The notes under the pieces are model-generated. The model was given only the letters and a program-made list of their open reading frames with translations, did no database searches and was not told where the DNA came from. This document shows, piece after piece, positions 46,751 to 58,794 of a DNA stretch of 64,000 nucleotides (the stretch's first letter is position 1; each line of letters opens with the position of its first letter). The DNA comes from the human T2T-CHM13v2.0 reference genome, Homo sapiens. The stretch lies in NCBI RefSeq assembly GCF_009914755.1, contig NC_060926.1. One strand, written 5' to 3'. The position numbers and the translations under genes were made by a program.

Positions 46751-47303
46751 AAATAAACGGGAAGGCTAGAAAATATTTAGGATGTGATCTGACAAAACCA
46801 AAAAGAATGAAGACTACAGTAATGAAAATAAAGCTATCAACAGCTGAAGAGTGCCAGGCACCGTTTGAGGCATTTTGGTCACATTTCATTTAATCTTCCC
46901 AACACCTGTCAGAAAAGTAATATTATTCTCATTTTATAAAGCAGATACTAGGGCAAAGAGAGATTAAATATATGGCCGAGGTCACACAGCTGGGAAATGG
47001 AAAAGGCAGAAATGAACCAAGATATGGCTTCAAATGGTGTGTTTTTAATCACTGCACTCACTCACTGTCCTACCTCTTTTAGACATATATGATGATTACA
47101 ACTATACACAACTATGAAGATCTGGGAACAAGCACTGTAAAATAATATGCAAATGTGAAATAACTGCAATATGGGAATAGGATTAAAGGCAATTTAATTT
47201 TGAAAAACCATCAGCTTTAATGCTATACTACCTACCCAATGAAAACAACACAATTAAGTAATGAATGTTTGACACCTCCGCTTCTCCATTGGAAGTTTAA
47301 CTA

Positions 47304-47538
47304 CAGTCATCTCTTAGTATATGTGGGGGATTGGTTCAAAAACCACCTGCTTATGCCAAAATCTGTGCATACTCTGCAGTCGGCTGTACGGAACCCACAT
47401 ATATGAAAAGTTGGCCCTCCATATACACTGGTTTTGCATCCCATGAATACTGTAGTTTCCATACACATCTGGTTGGGAAAAAATCCACATGTAAGTGGAC
47501 CCACACAGTCCAAACCTGTGTTGATCAAGAATCAACAG
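47304..47538 (+). mobile_element. MER8 (Tigger-derived MITE)
   Basis: TA|CAG start; GGGGATTGGTTC..AAAAGTTGGCCCTCC..AAGTGGACCCACACAGTCCAAACCTGTGTTG. Confidence 0.8.
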
Positions 47539-49236
47539 CATATATGTCCTTAGAAAAAATCTTGGCACGGCTTCCTGTCCAAATTACTCCTAATTTCACT
47601 CTTTTCTAGAAGAATGGAATGGAGGTAGAGAATGGTCCAAGACAGATAAACCAGAATGTATCCATCAGAGTTGGATAGAGATCACTGGTCAAGAGTGAGG
47701 AAGAAAAAGCTTATTAGGAGATAAAGACACAGAGAGATCCAGAAGGAGACGTGCAAAATGCAGAATAACTGGGGAAGTCAGGTGAGCTTCAGGAGTCCTA
47801 GGCAGGGAAAAGTGTGGAAAGAGAGATGCACTGCCAACCACAGGGGGCTCTGCCTGCCTGCTTCTTCCTCTTACAATCATCAGAGCTCCTACGTGCTCCC
47901 TGTAGAAACAGCAGTGGGTGCTCTATCCAGTTGTCATTTTTTTTTTTTTTCTGAAAAACTGGGTTCAGCAATGCTATGTGGCAACATAAGGGCGGGTATA
48001 AACTCACACTCTTGCCATTCAGATGTGTGTGCTGACAGGAAACGAAGACACTTTCTTCTCAGACAGTGAGTTAATACTGTTTCCATAATTACATCTTCAT
48101 TTGTACTTTTAGGATAACAAACATCCTTTTCTGGTCAAATTTCAGATGACACTTTGAGCAGTGTCATCTTTCCTAGGTGGTAATGGAAAGACAGGACACT
48201 CTGGATTCTATGAGATTGGACTAGAAAGCCCATGTTAAGAAACACTTACTTGGGGGAGTGGGGAAAACAAAGGAATCTCACCCTGAGACATTCCAAGCTG
48301 TTTTACTCACTCATATTCGCTTGCACAAGGGTCCTTCAAGTCTCCCTCCCAGAGGTTCCCACGGATGGCAGCACTAGGCATTTAAAACTGTTTTCCAAAA
48401 GTCTTGGGGGTGTTATAGCTGATAACGCCTCCAGATTACTGGGGACAATTTTTCCCTAACTGTATCACCTGTGCAATCACTTCAGAAGAATATGTCACAG
48501 AGAGTCAGGGCAGAGCTAATTTGTAGTAAAAGATTCTGAGAAAAGGAAAGCAAAGCTGGATGCTTCAACAGACATCAACATTTTAGGGGGACAGGGCTGG
48601 GGCAGGAGGGATGTGCAACAATGTCCTGTAAATCTGATTTTACTGATACCACATCTCAGCCACACCAGAATCAGTTATGTGCAAAATGATTAATCACCGT
48701 CTCCCTGAAATATTCAAGGTCTTCCTGCCTTTTCTTAGGATGGAAAAAAAAAAAAAAAGCAAACTCTGAAATATGATTTCAGGCTTTCCTTCATTCTATA
48801 CTCTTTTAATAAAGTAGAACAAAAAATTCTGCCTCGGGTTTGGCTGAGTTATGGGGTTTATCTCCTAAGTGGCAAAGCTTCATTCCCTAGCCCAATCATC
48901 AAACTGAGCCCAAGTTATAAGAGGCCTGATAGAAAAGAAAAAATGCTCATCCCATACCCTCAGGCATGAATTTATCAAATGTGATAACTGCTCTGTGAGA
49001 CAGGTTTTCTCTTTATATTTACAGAAAAGTGGGCACTGCAGGACAAAATTAATTTAACTAACGGGCAAGTGCTGATAGCCGGTTGTGCATGGTAAAGCCC
49101 AGTGTGTTTCTGACTAACGTGGCTGGTGAGTTACAAGAGAACACGGGGCACTGCTGGGGTAGTGGGGTAAGGAAGTGGGAGAACAAAGCCATGGAGCATT
49201 ATCTGGGGCACAGACTCCAGCTGGGCCCCCACCTAC

Positions 49237-49323
49237 CTTCTCTGCATACTCGGACACAATCTGCTTGATCTCAGCAGAGCAGAGTCCCACAATCTGGCCC
49301 ACGGAGCTTGCGGTGAGACGGCT
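49237..49323 (-). CDS. CCDC93: CCDC93 coding exon (~exon 11), 87 nt: [29 protein letters not shown]
   Basis: Acceptor cttgcag|AGC, donor AAG|gtaggt; peptide visible in ORF 49114..49473. Confidence 0.95.
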
Positions 49324-49384
49324 CTGCAAGTATATGGAGGGAATGTTCTCAAGGCCAAGCCTTGTCTTCCATAGCACTGGAAAA

Positions 49385-49420
49385 TCTGAACACTCTATTA
49401 TGTCTGAACACTCTATTATG
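49385..49420. repeat. Tandem duplication, period 18
   Basis: TCTGAACACTCTATTATG occurs twice, identical. Confidence 0.95.
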
Positions 49421-50178
49421 GTAAAACATAATATTCCCAGGGGAAATAATTTGGCTTTGCCACATATTACCAACAGAAAGGGAGAAAAGAAGCCTCAGGA
49501 CAAACACGCAGCTACCTCCTGAGTCACTGAGCGGATGGTGCTAAATCCTCCTCGGACCCTGGGCACCCCTGGAAAATGGTCCTTCCCTTCTATGTACCAC
49601 CCCAAGGTCTCACCTCCTGAGAGTCACCAAACAGAGCCTGCAGGGGATTTGGCAGGCCTAGGACACAGGGAATAGAGAAGAGCATGGGAAAGGACAAAGA
49701 ATCTCAGAACTCTAAAATATCTCTTTACTACCACAGGTCTTCCCAGGCCTCAAAAAGAATGATCCTTTCACATTGGCTATACCTTCTGGACAGGCTTTGA
49801 GCTCTGGAAAGACCAACTATAATCTCAAAATCCCGCTTCCTACCTAGATAGTGTAGGAAGAAAGCAGAAGACAAGAGCTGCCTCAGCATGAGGCATAACT
49901 CACGGGTCAGCTCTAGCTCTTCCGCAGAGGCCCTGTGAACCTCCCAGCAGGAATATTCTGCTTTCACAAGGGTCCTTCAAGCCTCCCTCCTAGAGGTTCC
50001 CATGGGTGGCAGCACTAGGCATTAAAAACAGATTAACAAAAGGAACTCCCTGGGGAAGAGGAGGTACTGTGTGCTGGTGAGAGGCAGCTCCGGAGAAGGT
50101 GGGCTCTCTGGGAGAAGACCCCAGCAGAGCAGGGTGGTGCCAAGTCCCCATCCCCACACCTCCCCGACTCCCACTCAC

Positions 50179-50229
50179 CTCCTCATTTGCCATAGCGGTC
50201 ATCTTGGTCATCAGCGACTGAATACGCTG
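50179..50229 (-). CDS. CCDC93: CCDC93 coding exon (~exon 10), 51 nt: QRIQSLMTKMTAMANEE
   Basis: Acceptor ctttcag|CAG, donor GAG|gtgagt; peptide visible in ORF 49990..50322. Confidence 0.94.
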
Positions 50230-50516
50230 CTGAAAGAGGAATGGAAGGGAGCAGCAGTGAGTGGTTCTGAACATGTAAGACAGAAGCAATATGCCTACAT
50301 GGATCTTTGCGGTGATATCCAAGGGTGTCTTCCTTGATCTCGTCTTATGTGAGCCTCAAAGGCAGGTGATAAAATGAAACTGGAAGGTGTGAAAGACCTG
50401 CTCACAGCAGCTGGCTGTGGGAGGTGGTGGCCATTTGGGAACGCTAGGGATAAGAGTACGATTTCTCCCAAAATGACTTACACAGAAACCTCAGAGGGCC
50501 TACATGGACCACACAC

Positions 50517-50609
50517 CTCTTCAGCTGCTCGAAGCTCATCTTCCTCGTGGGCATCAGCTTTTTCTGTAGCTGACAGCCCTGCTGGAAGTGCCGTTTTCTT
50601 GTCCTCAGC
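50517..50609 (-). CDS. CCDC93: CCDC93 coding exon (~exon 9), 93 nt: [31 protein letters not shown]
   Basis: Acceptor ccttgcag|GCT, donor GAG|gtgtgt; phase 0-0. Confidence 0.94.
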
Positions 50610-51869
50610 CTGCAAGGGAAGATGTGAAAACAGCTGAGCACGGGAGATGGAGACTCAGTAGAGAAAGGACAATACTGACAAGAGGCATGAGTCTGTGAAA
50701 AAAACACAGACCTGCAGAGCAGCAGCACCCTGAGAGAGTGGATACTCCAAACGGCTGAACCTCCACTAGAGTATAGGGTGGGCAGGTTAAGCTTCAGGAA
50801 CTGGCAAATGCCTGTTTCCATGTCCCAGCTGCTCACTGATTAAATTCAGGCCACACACATTTGCCTGACTTACCCTTGCACTTTGACTGGGGCTTCCCCC
50901 TACTTTAACACTTTCAAGAGCAGATCACTACTAAAGGAGTGTTTCTTCAAACTGCCTGTTAAGACCAATTAGTGGGACATAAAAGTAATTTGGCAGGTAC
51001 AACTAGCATCTGTATAAATTAACACAACAGAACATGCCAGAGTGCTTTGTAGTGAGGGGTTAGGTACTGCTTACTGAAACTTTTGTTTTAGGGGTATTAG
51101 TGTGTGTGTACTGAATCATGATGAAAAATTATACGTTTACTGCTCAGAGTAATCAAAACAGTTTGAATACCACTGGTGTGAAGGATGAAAACTGCCTTAT
51201 CTAATGATCAAGCAGCATGCTCTGGACTCAGCCCCAGGCTCTAAATGAACCAGGTCAAACTCAAGGCACCCTGGATTAACTGCTGCCTCCTCAATCATGG
51301 GCTATAGGTTTTAATTCTATCCCTGCCATCCACCAGCTGGGTGACCTCAGGCTTACCTCTGATCCCTGCATGTTAAGGACTTCCAGGGTCAAAAGAGAGG
51401 TTTGGTCTCAAATGCCCTTCTTGGACCATCCCAACTCTAGGATGCTTTTCTATAACGAGTCTATCACTGCCCATGGGAACACTCCGAGCTCCTAACTGCT
51501 TGGACACATCTACAGGGGATGAGACTGCTAATTCAAATGTGCCGTCTGACATAAAAATGACAGGACAAGCACAATTTGAATACTATTTCAGGGACATCTC
51601 ATGATTTTTCCAATCATAACCAAATTGCCCAGTCATATATAAAGACAATCTTTTCAGACTTAAATTACATATCAAATTAAATATACACATCAAACCCTTA
51701 TTATATACCAGATAAAACATGATATACTCAAATCCAGAAAACACCCTGCTCTGTAGGAAATCATTATTCAGTTGACTAAAAAAACACAAATGGGGAAAAA
51801 ATAATGAGAAAACTAAAAAAGAAGACATCATAATCAGTACATGACTAAGTACCAATAACTAATACTGAT

Positions 51870-52100
51870 ATTAATAATAATGTTTATTAAATGTTTACTA
51901 TGTGTTGGATCATTCTAAGTCCTTTACATTTCAATCTTCACAATAATGCTGTGAGATAGGTACAATGACTGCCCCCATTTTACAGATGCTGTCAACTAAT
52001 GTACAAAGAATCAGTAAATTATCCAGAGTCACTCAGCGAATAGAGGAGCTGGAATCCTAAACCAGCTAGTCTGGCTTTAGAACAGTGCTCCTAGTCACTG
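51870..52100 (-). mobile_element. MIR
   Basis: AATCTTCACAATAATGCTGTGAGATAGGTAC..CCCCATTTTACAGATG. Confidence 0.65.
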
Positions 52101-52243
52101 CTGGTGCCTGCAGCGACTGAGACAACAGTCAACACAGGAAGCAGAGGGGGAGCCTGGGGAGTGGGTACAATGGAGTGGGTGGCAGGGGAACAGCAGGGGG
52201 AGTGTGTCCTGTTCAAGAAATCTGGGGATCAGGTGGAGAATGA

Positions 52244-52498
<255 letters not shown>

Positions 52499-52549
52499 AA
52501 TAACTGAACTTTTTAAGAGGCCACTGACCACTATAGCTGACACTTTATT

Positions 52550-52785
52550 ATTTAGAAGGCAGTGGCTATGAGCACAGGTTTGATGTCAGACCTCTAGGTT
52601 CAGATTCTTATTAAGTTCACTTTAGAGCTATTTGACCTTGGAAAAATCACTGAGCCTCTCTGAGCGTTAGCTTTCTGACCTAAAAAGCAGAAATAAACAT
52701 CCTCCTCATAGAGTTGTTCAAGGCAGTAAGTGAAAACATACAGAGCCCTTAACATACAGCCTGGAACACAGAAAGAGTTTAGCAC
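52550..52785 (+). mobile_element. MIR
   Basis: GTCAGACCTCTAGGTTCAGATTCT..TGACCTTGGAAAAATCACTGAGCCTCTCTGAGC. Confidence 0.65.
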
Positions 52786-53321
52786 CATAACATTTATGTA
52801 CCTGTCCTGCTGCTGACAATGAAGCATCATTAATAAACACATAAATTAACAGAAATCTTTGGGCATCCTTTGTGAAGTTAGAAAAGCCATCCTGATTTAC
52901 CTGGCTCTTCCATGACTGGCTGTTTCAGCAGAGGGCAGGCCTGTAATTCACAGCTGTGCTCTACCTAACATCCTGTTCACATCTATTTAGAGTCTCACCT
53001 CAGATGAGGAGTGCTCTGGGAGCCCTGGCAGTGGACTTCACCTTCATACTGCAGAGCCACTAGACCCCAAGTGACTGACCCTAGGCCACAACTTTCAATC
53101 ACCCCTCATTTCCAGCCCCAGGAGGAGACTGCTGCTTTGCTCCCCAATCTGTAGAGGTGGCTAGCTAGAAAAGCCAGGACGGAGATGCAGGGGCCAAAGG
53201 CAGCTCACACATCCCTGGGTTTCCCAAGAAGCTGCTGCCCGGCTTGTGAGTGTTAGTCAGAGGTGAAGGGAGTCACTTCCATCTCTCAAGTATTCTCTCT
53301 TACTATCAATGTTTTTCTTAC

Positions 53322-53358
53322 CTTCTCCATTTTGCTCTGGCGGCTAAATCCATATCTC
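53322..53358 (-). CDS. CCDC93: CCDC93 coding exon (~exon 8), 37 nt: G+RYGFSRQSKMEK
   Basis: Acceptor ctgcag|G, donor AAG|gtaaga; completes the AG|G Arg codon. Confidence 0.93.
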
Positions 53359-54019
53359 CTGCAGGCCACAAAAAAGGAGTTTAATTACTACTTAAAAAAT
53401 TACAATACATTCAGTGAAATGCATTTTGGTTGACTTTTTACATGAAAAACATCAAGAGAATTTATGCCATTTGGTGACTTGAGAAAACGTTACAAGTGCC
53501 TAAATTACAAACATATTCCACTGTCTTTTTAATAAAGGGCCAGCCACCCTACTTGCTATGCAAATACTATAATGTAAATTGGAACTCTCAGACAGTATGG
53601 AATGCAACATTTTCCTTAAGTGCAATTATGACTTTTTGAATCAGCCACTGCATTTCAGAGCCACGGTTTAAGCTAAAAGCCTTAAAAATATCTATATAAA
53701 CAAATGTAAATGTGTTTCCTTAAGCCAAATATGCGCTTTAATGGCTACTTCCATAACTTAGAGTCTAGCACACTTTTTATTCCCAAACATAATCCAAGCA
53801 TGATGCCAATAATGTGTACTCACTTCACACAACCTTAAATTAAAAAAAACACAAAAACACAATTCAGTTTCAAGTAGTTTATTTTCTGGCTCTAATTAAT
53901 CTATGTTTTTTTAAAAAGCAAGTATAACAATGCAAAATCCATTCAACCCTCAACAAAAAGCAAAATGCAAACCACCCAGCCTCATACACCTTTAAGTGAT
54001 TTGTAAGAAAATAAAGTTA

Positions 54020-54403
<384 letters not shown>

Positions 54404-55064
54404 TCACCTGGTCTTGGTCCTCCAGCTTCACTCCCCACACTCTTCCTGCCCATTCCTTGTCCAACTTCTGCATTGGCCTGATGCACATTTATCAATGGCA
54501 GGCCTCTTCCCTCAGAAGAAAACAGAACCTCCTCAGGAGCCTTATAAAGCCTCTCTTCCATGGCTCAGCCTAACAAGTGTTTCACCTCACCACCAGCAGC
54601 ACCTTCTGTGTTCCTATTACACTTACTACCTGAACAGAGAGCTCTGCACAAACTAAGCTGTTCCCCTCTCGCCCCTGCTTCCCTACTCACCCTCCACTCC
54701 TCAGCTCTAAAGCTCCTCCCCTGTGAAGCATCCCCCATGCACATGTGCTCAGCCTGGCCTATCCATCCCTGCATCTGTTCATGCTCCTCTCACTTCCCAG
54801 ATGGTGAATACATGCAACTGTTACTTATCTGTATCATTCTCCTGAGGGCAAAGATTCTACCTTTATATCTGGTTTTTCCAATATTCACTGAACAAACAAA
54901 CTAAACATAAGTGAAAAAATGCAAAAATCAAGAAGCCAAAAGTATCATCTGACCTTGCAACAGATTGTCATATAACTGGGGAAACCAAAAAGTCACTGCT
55001 GGGCAGTATGTCCACCCTTTAGAAATAAACCTATAGGTCCAAAGTGTAGCAGACCAAGGTTAAA

Positions 55065-55629
55065 TTTTGGCTATCCACACGAATTCTGTAAAGGACCTTA
55101 TGGCAGATTCTGTGGACTGGCTTAATATCTATTGCATCTTCTAGTACTGCTGAGGCTGGAAAAGAGACTATTTTCCATACTCCCTTGCACCTAGGGTTCT
55201 GAATACTGTTAACGTTCCACCAATCAGATGCATTTGCTAGAGTTTTCAATATGGAACAGTTAAAGGAGGAAAGAGGGAAGCATAAAGGATCCATTGTGTT
55301 GGTGTGGATCACAGTAGAAACAGCCAGGTTCTGGGGCTAGCAGCTATCACAGTGGCTTCTTGGTTTTTCAGAGCTTCCTAATTTGACAGAAGCAGCGTGG
55401 TTTCCTTCCTTGTCAAGCCGCTATAGCACCAGCTTCCCAATCCTACAGGCTGCTAGCTAGCTTCCTGATTTTGGAGGCAGAAACAGTATCCTGGAGCTCC
55501 AGTTCTAATGTGAAGCTTGAGAGCTGACCCTGGCTCAGCCTAGTTCTCATCCAGCCCTGTAACCAATCCCTTCTGCTGAAACTAGTGGGAGGGTACTGTT
55601 TTTTCAACCAGGGAACCCTGAACAATACA
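55065..55629 (+). mobile_element. LTR33-like ERVL LTR
   Basis: TGCTGAGGCTGGAAA..CTCCCTTGCACCTAGGG..CCACCAATCAGATGCA..ATCCCTTCTGCTGAAACTAG..AACCCTGAACAATACA. Confidence 0.6.
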
Positions 55630-55999
55630 AGGTCTTGCCCAAGTTTCCCACTCCTATAGTGTCCTTGCATCTTGAGTATTCATCTTTCCTTTTTTATGCC
55701 TTTAGTCTGTGGAGACTTTTAGGGCAGAAGACATAAAGCCCTTTATCTAAGGCCCAGGGACTTCACGGATTTTCCAAATAAGGAAGTGAACAACCAAATC
55801 TGAGTGACTTGATTCCTAGGACGAATCTACTCCTCCTTAAAGACAGAGGCTCTGGGAAGACTCTTTTAGTAAGCCCTCCAGATGTGAGCTTCTGTGACAG
55901 CCAACGCACTCATTGTATGGTGAACATAATTATCCCTCATGAGTAATCCGCTAAGCCTTTCTGTTGAGCCTCTGGAGAGGAAGAAATTTGCTTCATTCA

Positions 56000-56532
56000 C
56001 TTTAAAAAAATATTTTAAAAACTGACATAATTCATATAATATAAAATTCACCATTTCAAAGTGTATTGCTCACTGGATTTTAGTGTATTCACTATGTTGT
56101 GCAACCATCGCTATTATCGAAATCAAGAAAAGCTCCATCACCTCAAAAAGAAACTCTGTTACTATTAGCAGTTAATCACAATTCTTCCCTCTTCCCAGCC
56201 CTTGGCTACCACTGATCTACCTTCTGTCTCTATGGATTTGCTAATTCTGGAGATTTCATAGAAATGAAATCACTCAAAATGTGGCCTTTGTGTCTGGCTT
56301 CTTTGACTCATGAGAATATTTTCAAAGTTCATCCAGGTTGAAGCATGAATCACTACTTAATTCCATTTTATGGCTGAATAATATCCCATTATATGAGTAA
56401 GCCACATTTTGTTTCATCAGCTGACAGACATCTGGGTTGTTTCTACTTTTTAGCAATTATGAATTGCTAAATTCATAATTGTGCAATATATTATGCAACA
56501 TATTTACAGTGCTACTATAAATATTCATGTAC
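56000..56532 (-). mobile_element. Old L1M (L1MB-like) 3' end
   Basis: ATAAAATTCACCATTTCAAAGTGTA..TTGTGCAACCATC..TCTGTCTCTATGGATTTGC..TTTTATGGCTGAATAATATCCCATT. Confidence 0.8.
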
Positions 56533-56935
56533 AGCTTCATTCACTTCAATATCCCCATTGCCTGGCAGTTCAGTGCCTGGCACATAGTAGGTGCTCAATT
56601 AATGGTTGCTGCATGAATGAAGAGTCCACATGATTTTTCTAAAGGCCTCATCCATGTCACAAAGTAGTGAGATTTCCATGACAAAGCTCTGTCCTCAACT
56701 GCCTATTAACTACTGCCTCGCTTTCCTCTTTTCCTGTCAGCCCTGCCCGTTTCCCCCAAGTGACAGCTCTGATCCGCAGTGCCGCATGCTTCCATTTGCT
56801 CCTGCATTCCTCTTCTTTAGCTCTGATTCTTGCTACCTACACTGTTAGCACCAAAGAGCTCCTCCCATCATCCAGTTCACTTCTTCTTACCTTAGTCATA
56901 GGACCCAGTCTTTAAATCAAGGATGTACATTTAGA

Positions 56936-57180
56936 ACAGCACAGTACAAAAGAAATATAAAGAAGGACACACATACAATTTTTTAATTACTAGGTTAGTA
57001 GGTTCATATGACCAAGTTATTCCAAAGATAAACATTTTCCATTAACTAAATCAAGCACAAATCTTAAAATTTAAATTTAACTTAATTAAAATCAAAATTC
57101 TGTTCCTGAGCCACACTAGTCGCATTTCAATTGCTCAATAGCCACATATGGATAGTGGCTACCATACTGGACACCACAAT
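56936..57180. mobile_element. MER33-like MITE
   Basis: CACACTAGTCGCATTTCAATTGCTCAATAGCCACATATGGATAGTGGCTACCATACTGGACA. Confidence 0.72.
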
Positions 57181-57421
57181 TCTAGAAAACAAACTAAGTT
57201 TCAAGAACAATTACCTCAGGCCAAACTAAGATGGTTATCTATTTGGAATATAAAACAAAATAGGGACATAAAAAGCCCTAAATACCAAGGACTGTGAACT
57301 TTGTTCTTTATTCATTTGACAAGAACTTACTAAATATCTTTTATGAGCATGTCATAGGCCTTATCATCATAGGAGACACAAACAGGTTGGGAGAGGTATG
57401 CCGTGTTTTATTTACTAACTA

Positions 57422-57543
57422 CAGAATGCTGGAGTTAGCCTGTTCCTTAGTATTCAAGGCCTAACTTTGAGTTGCCTAGAATGACTTCAAGAACTCAAAA
57501 TTAGGCTTTGAATACTGAGGAATAGGCTAACTCCAGCATTCTG
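57422..57543. repeat. Long inverted repeat (52-nt arms, 18-nt spacer)
   Basis: 57422-57473 is the reverse complement of 57492-57543 with 4 transition mismatches and no gaps. Confidence 0.95.
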
Positions 57544-58261
57544 GTGGCTGTGCTCCAAACCTCCTCTTGCAAGTCAAATATATGGCACATAAAATGCATT
57601 TCCCCAGAGTAGCAGTTTCATAGCACGGTTAGGTGCTTAAGTTAGCCTCTCAAAATTGACTGAACCCATAACAAAACTGAAATATTATAGGTGTGCAATT
57701 TTGTTTACATCCAAAATCAAAACTATAAGTCTTGTTTTCCTAACACCATTAACACTTAGAAAAATATACCCAAACTATGTTTTTAACAGATAAACAGTCC
57801 TTAAGGCCTTCAGCATAGTTGACAAGGTTCATAATTCACCTTTATTTAAGCAACTGAGAGTCAAAATGGGGGAAGGAGATGGAATGCGGACCTAAAAGCC
57901 AAAGGGCACTGTGGGTGTAACGCTGATGAGTGACCTTCAACCCCAAGGAAGAAATACTGATTTCAGACCTTCTTGCTCTAGAAGTCAAAATACTTTCCCC
58001 CTGACAAGAGGTAAGATAAGGTAGAAAATAGAAACACTGGAAGAGAGATCTGGACTCCTAAAGCTGTGATGCCATAGTGTAGTGGGGGGGGGGGGTGCGT
58101 GAGGAAGTCAGGAATGCCGCAATGTTAAAGGGAAAGGGAAGATGGAGCAAAGTGAGTCCCAGGGCCAGCAGGGGGCCAGCCTTGTTTGACAGGGGCAGGG
58201 GAGAAAAGGCCAGACTTCCCATACACATGCTAGAGGGAGGGCTAGTGTGAAGGGTAATAAG

Positions 58262-58794
58262 TGAAGGAGTCCACGGGCTGTTGCCCCCAAATATGGCACC
58301 CTAATATGCTGAATAACTTGAATTAAAGGCACTTGAAGGTCACATGTTAGAACAGGGTTTTTTCTCTTATCTATATAAAGACTGGACCCGTTAAAGAAAA
58401 CACAAGTGTCTTCCATCCACTCCCTGAAATCTCATTATCTACCACAGAGCAAGAGACTGAAAATTAAATACCACGCCTAGAACCCAAACCATGGTCTGTT
58501 TCCCATCCTATTCAATTTCCAGAAAGTCATTTATTAACCATGGTCTGATTCATTTCCCCTAAACATCATTTACTACCCCTCCAATTGGCGTATTTCCCTA
58601 TCTGCCTTCCCCTGTGAAGAAGGACATATAGGCATCTGGACATCACTGGGTTACTGGGTAGTCACACTTCTGTGGTTTTCCCCCCACACAATAAATTATG
58701 TATGCCATTTTCTCCTGTTAATCTGCCTTTTGTCAGTTCATTTTCAGTGAACCTTCAGAGGGCCAAGGGGAAGCTTCCCCTCTTCACTCATACA
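58262..58794 (+). mobile_element. MER34/MER39-family ERV1 LTR
   Basis: TGAAGG..CCCCAAATATGGCA start; AATAAATT.TGTATGCC.TTTTCTCCTGTTAATCTGCCTTTTGTCAGT..GAACCTTCAGAGGGC end region. Confidence 0.72.

Larger units (their letters stand above)
48313..50042. repeat. Dispersed ~90-bp direct repeat (48313-48401 and 49953-50042)
   Basis: Both copies read CACAAGGGTCCTTCAAGYCTCCCTCCYAGAGGTTCCCAYGGRTGGCAGCACTAGGCATT. Confidence 0.92.

Noticed and set aside
48313-48401. Duplicated intronic segment as a snoRNA pair
   Set aside because: I found no convincing box C (RUGAUGA) and box D (CUGA) at the ends and no H/ACA layout on the transcribed strand.
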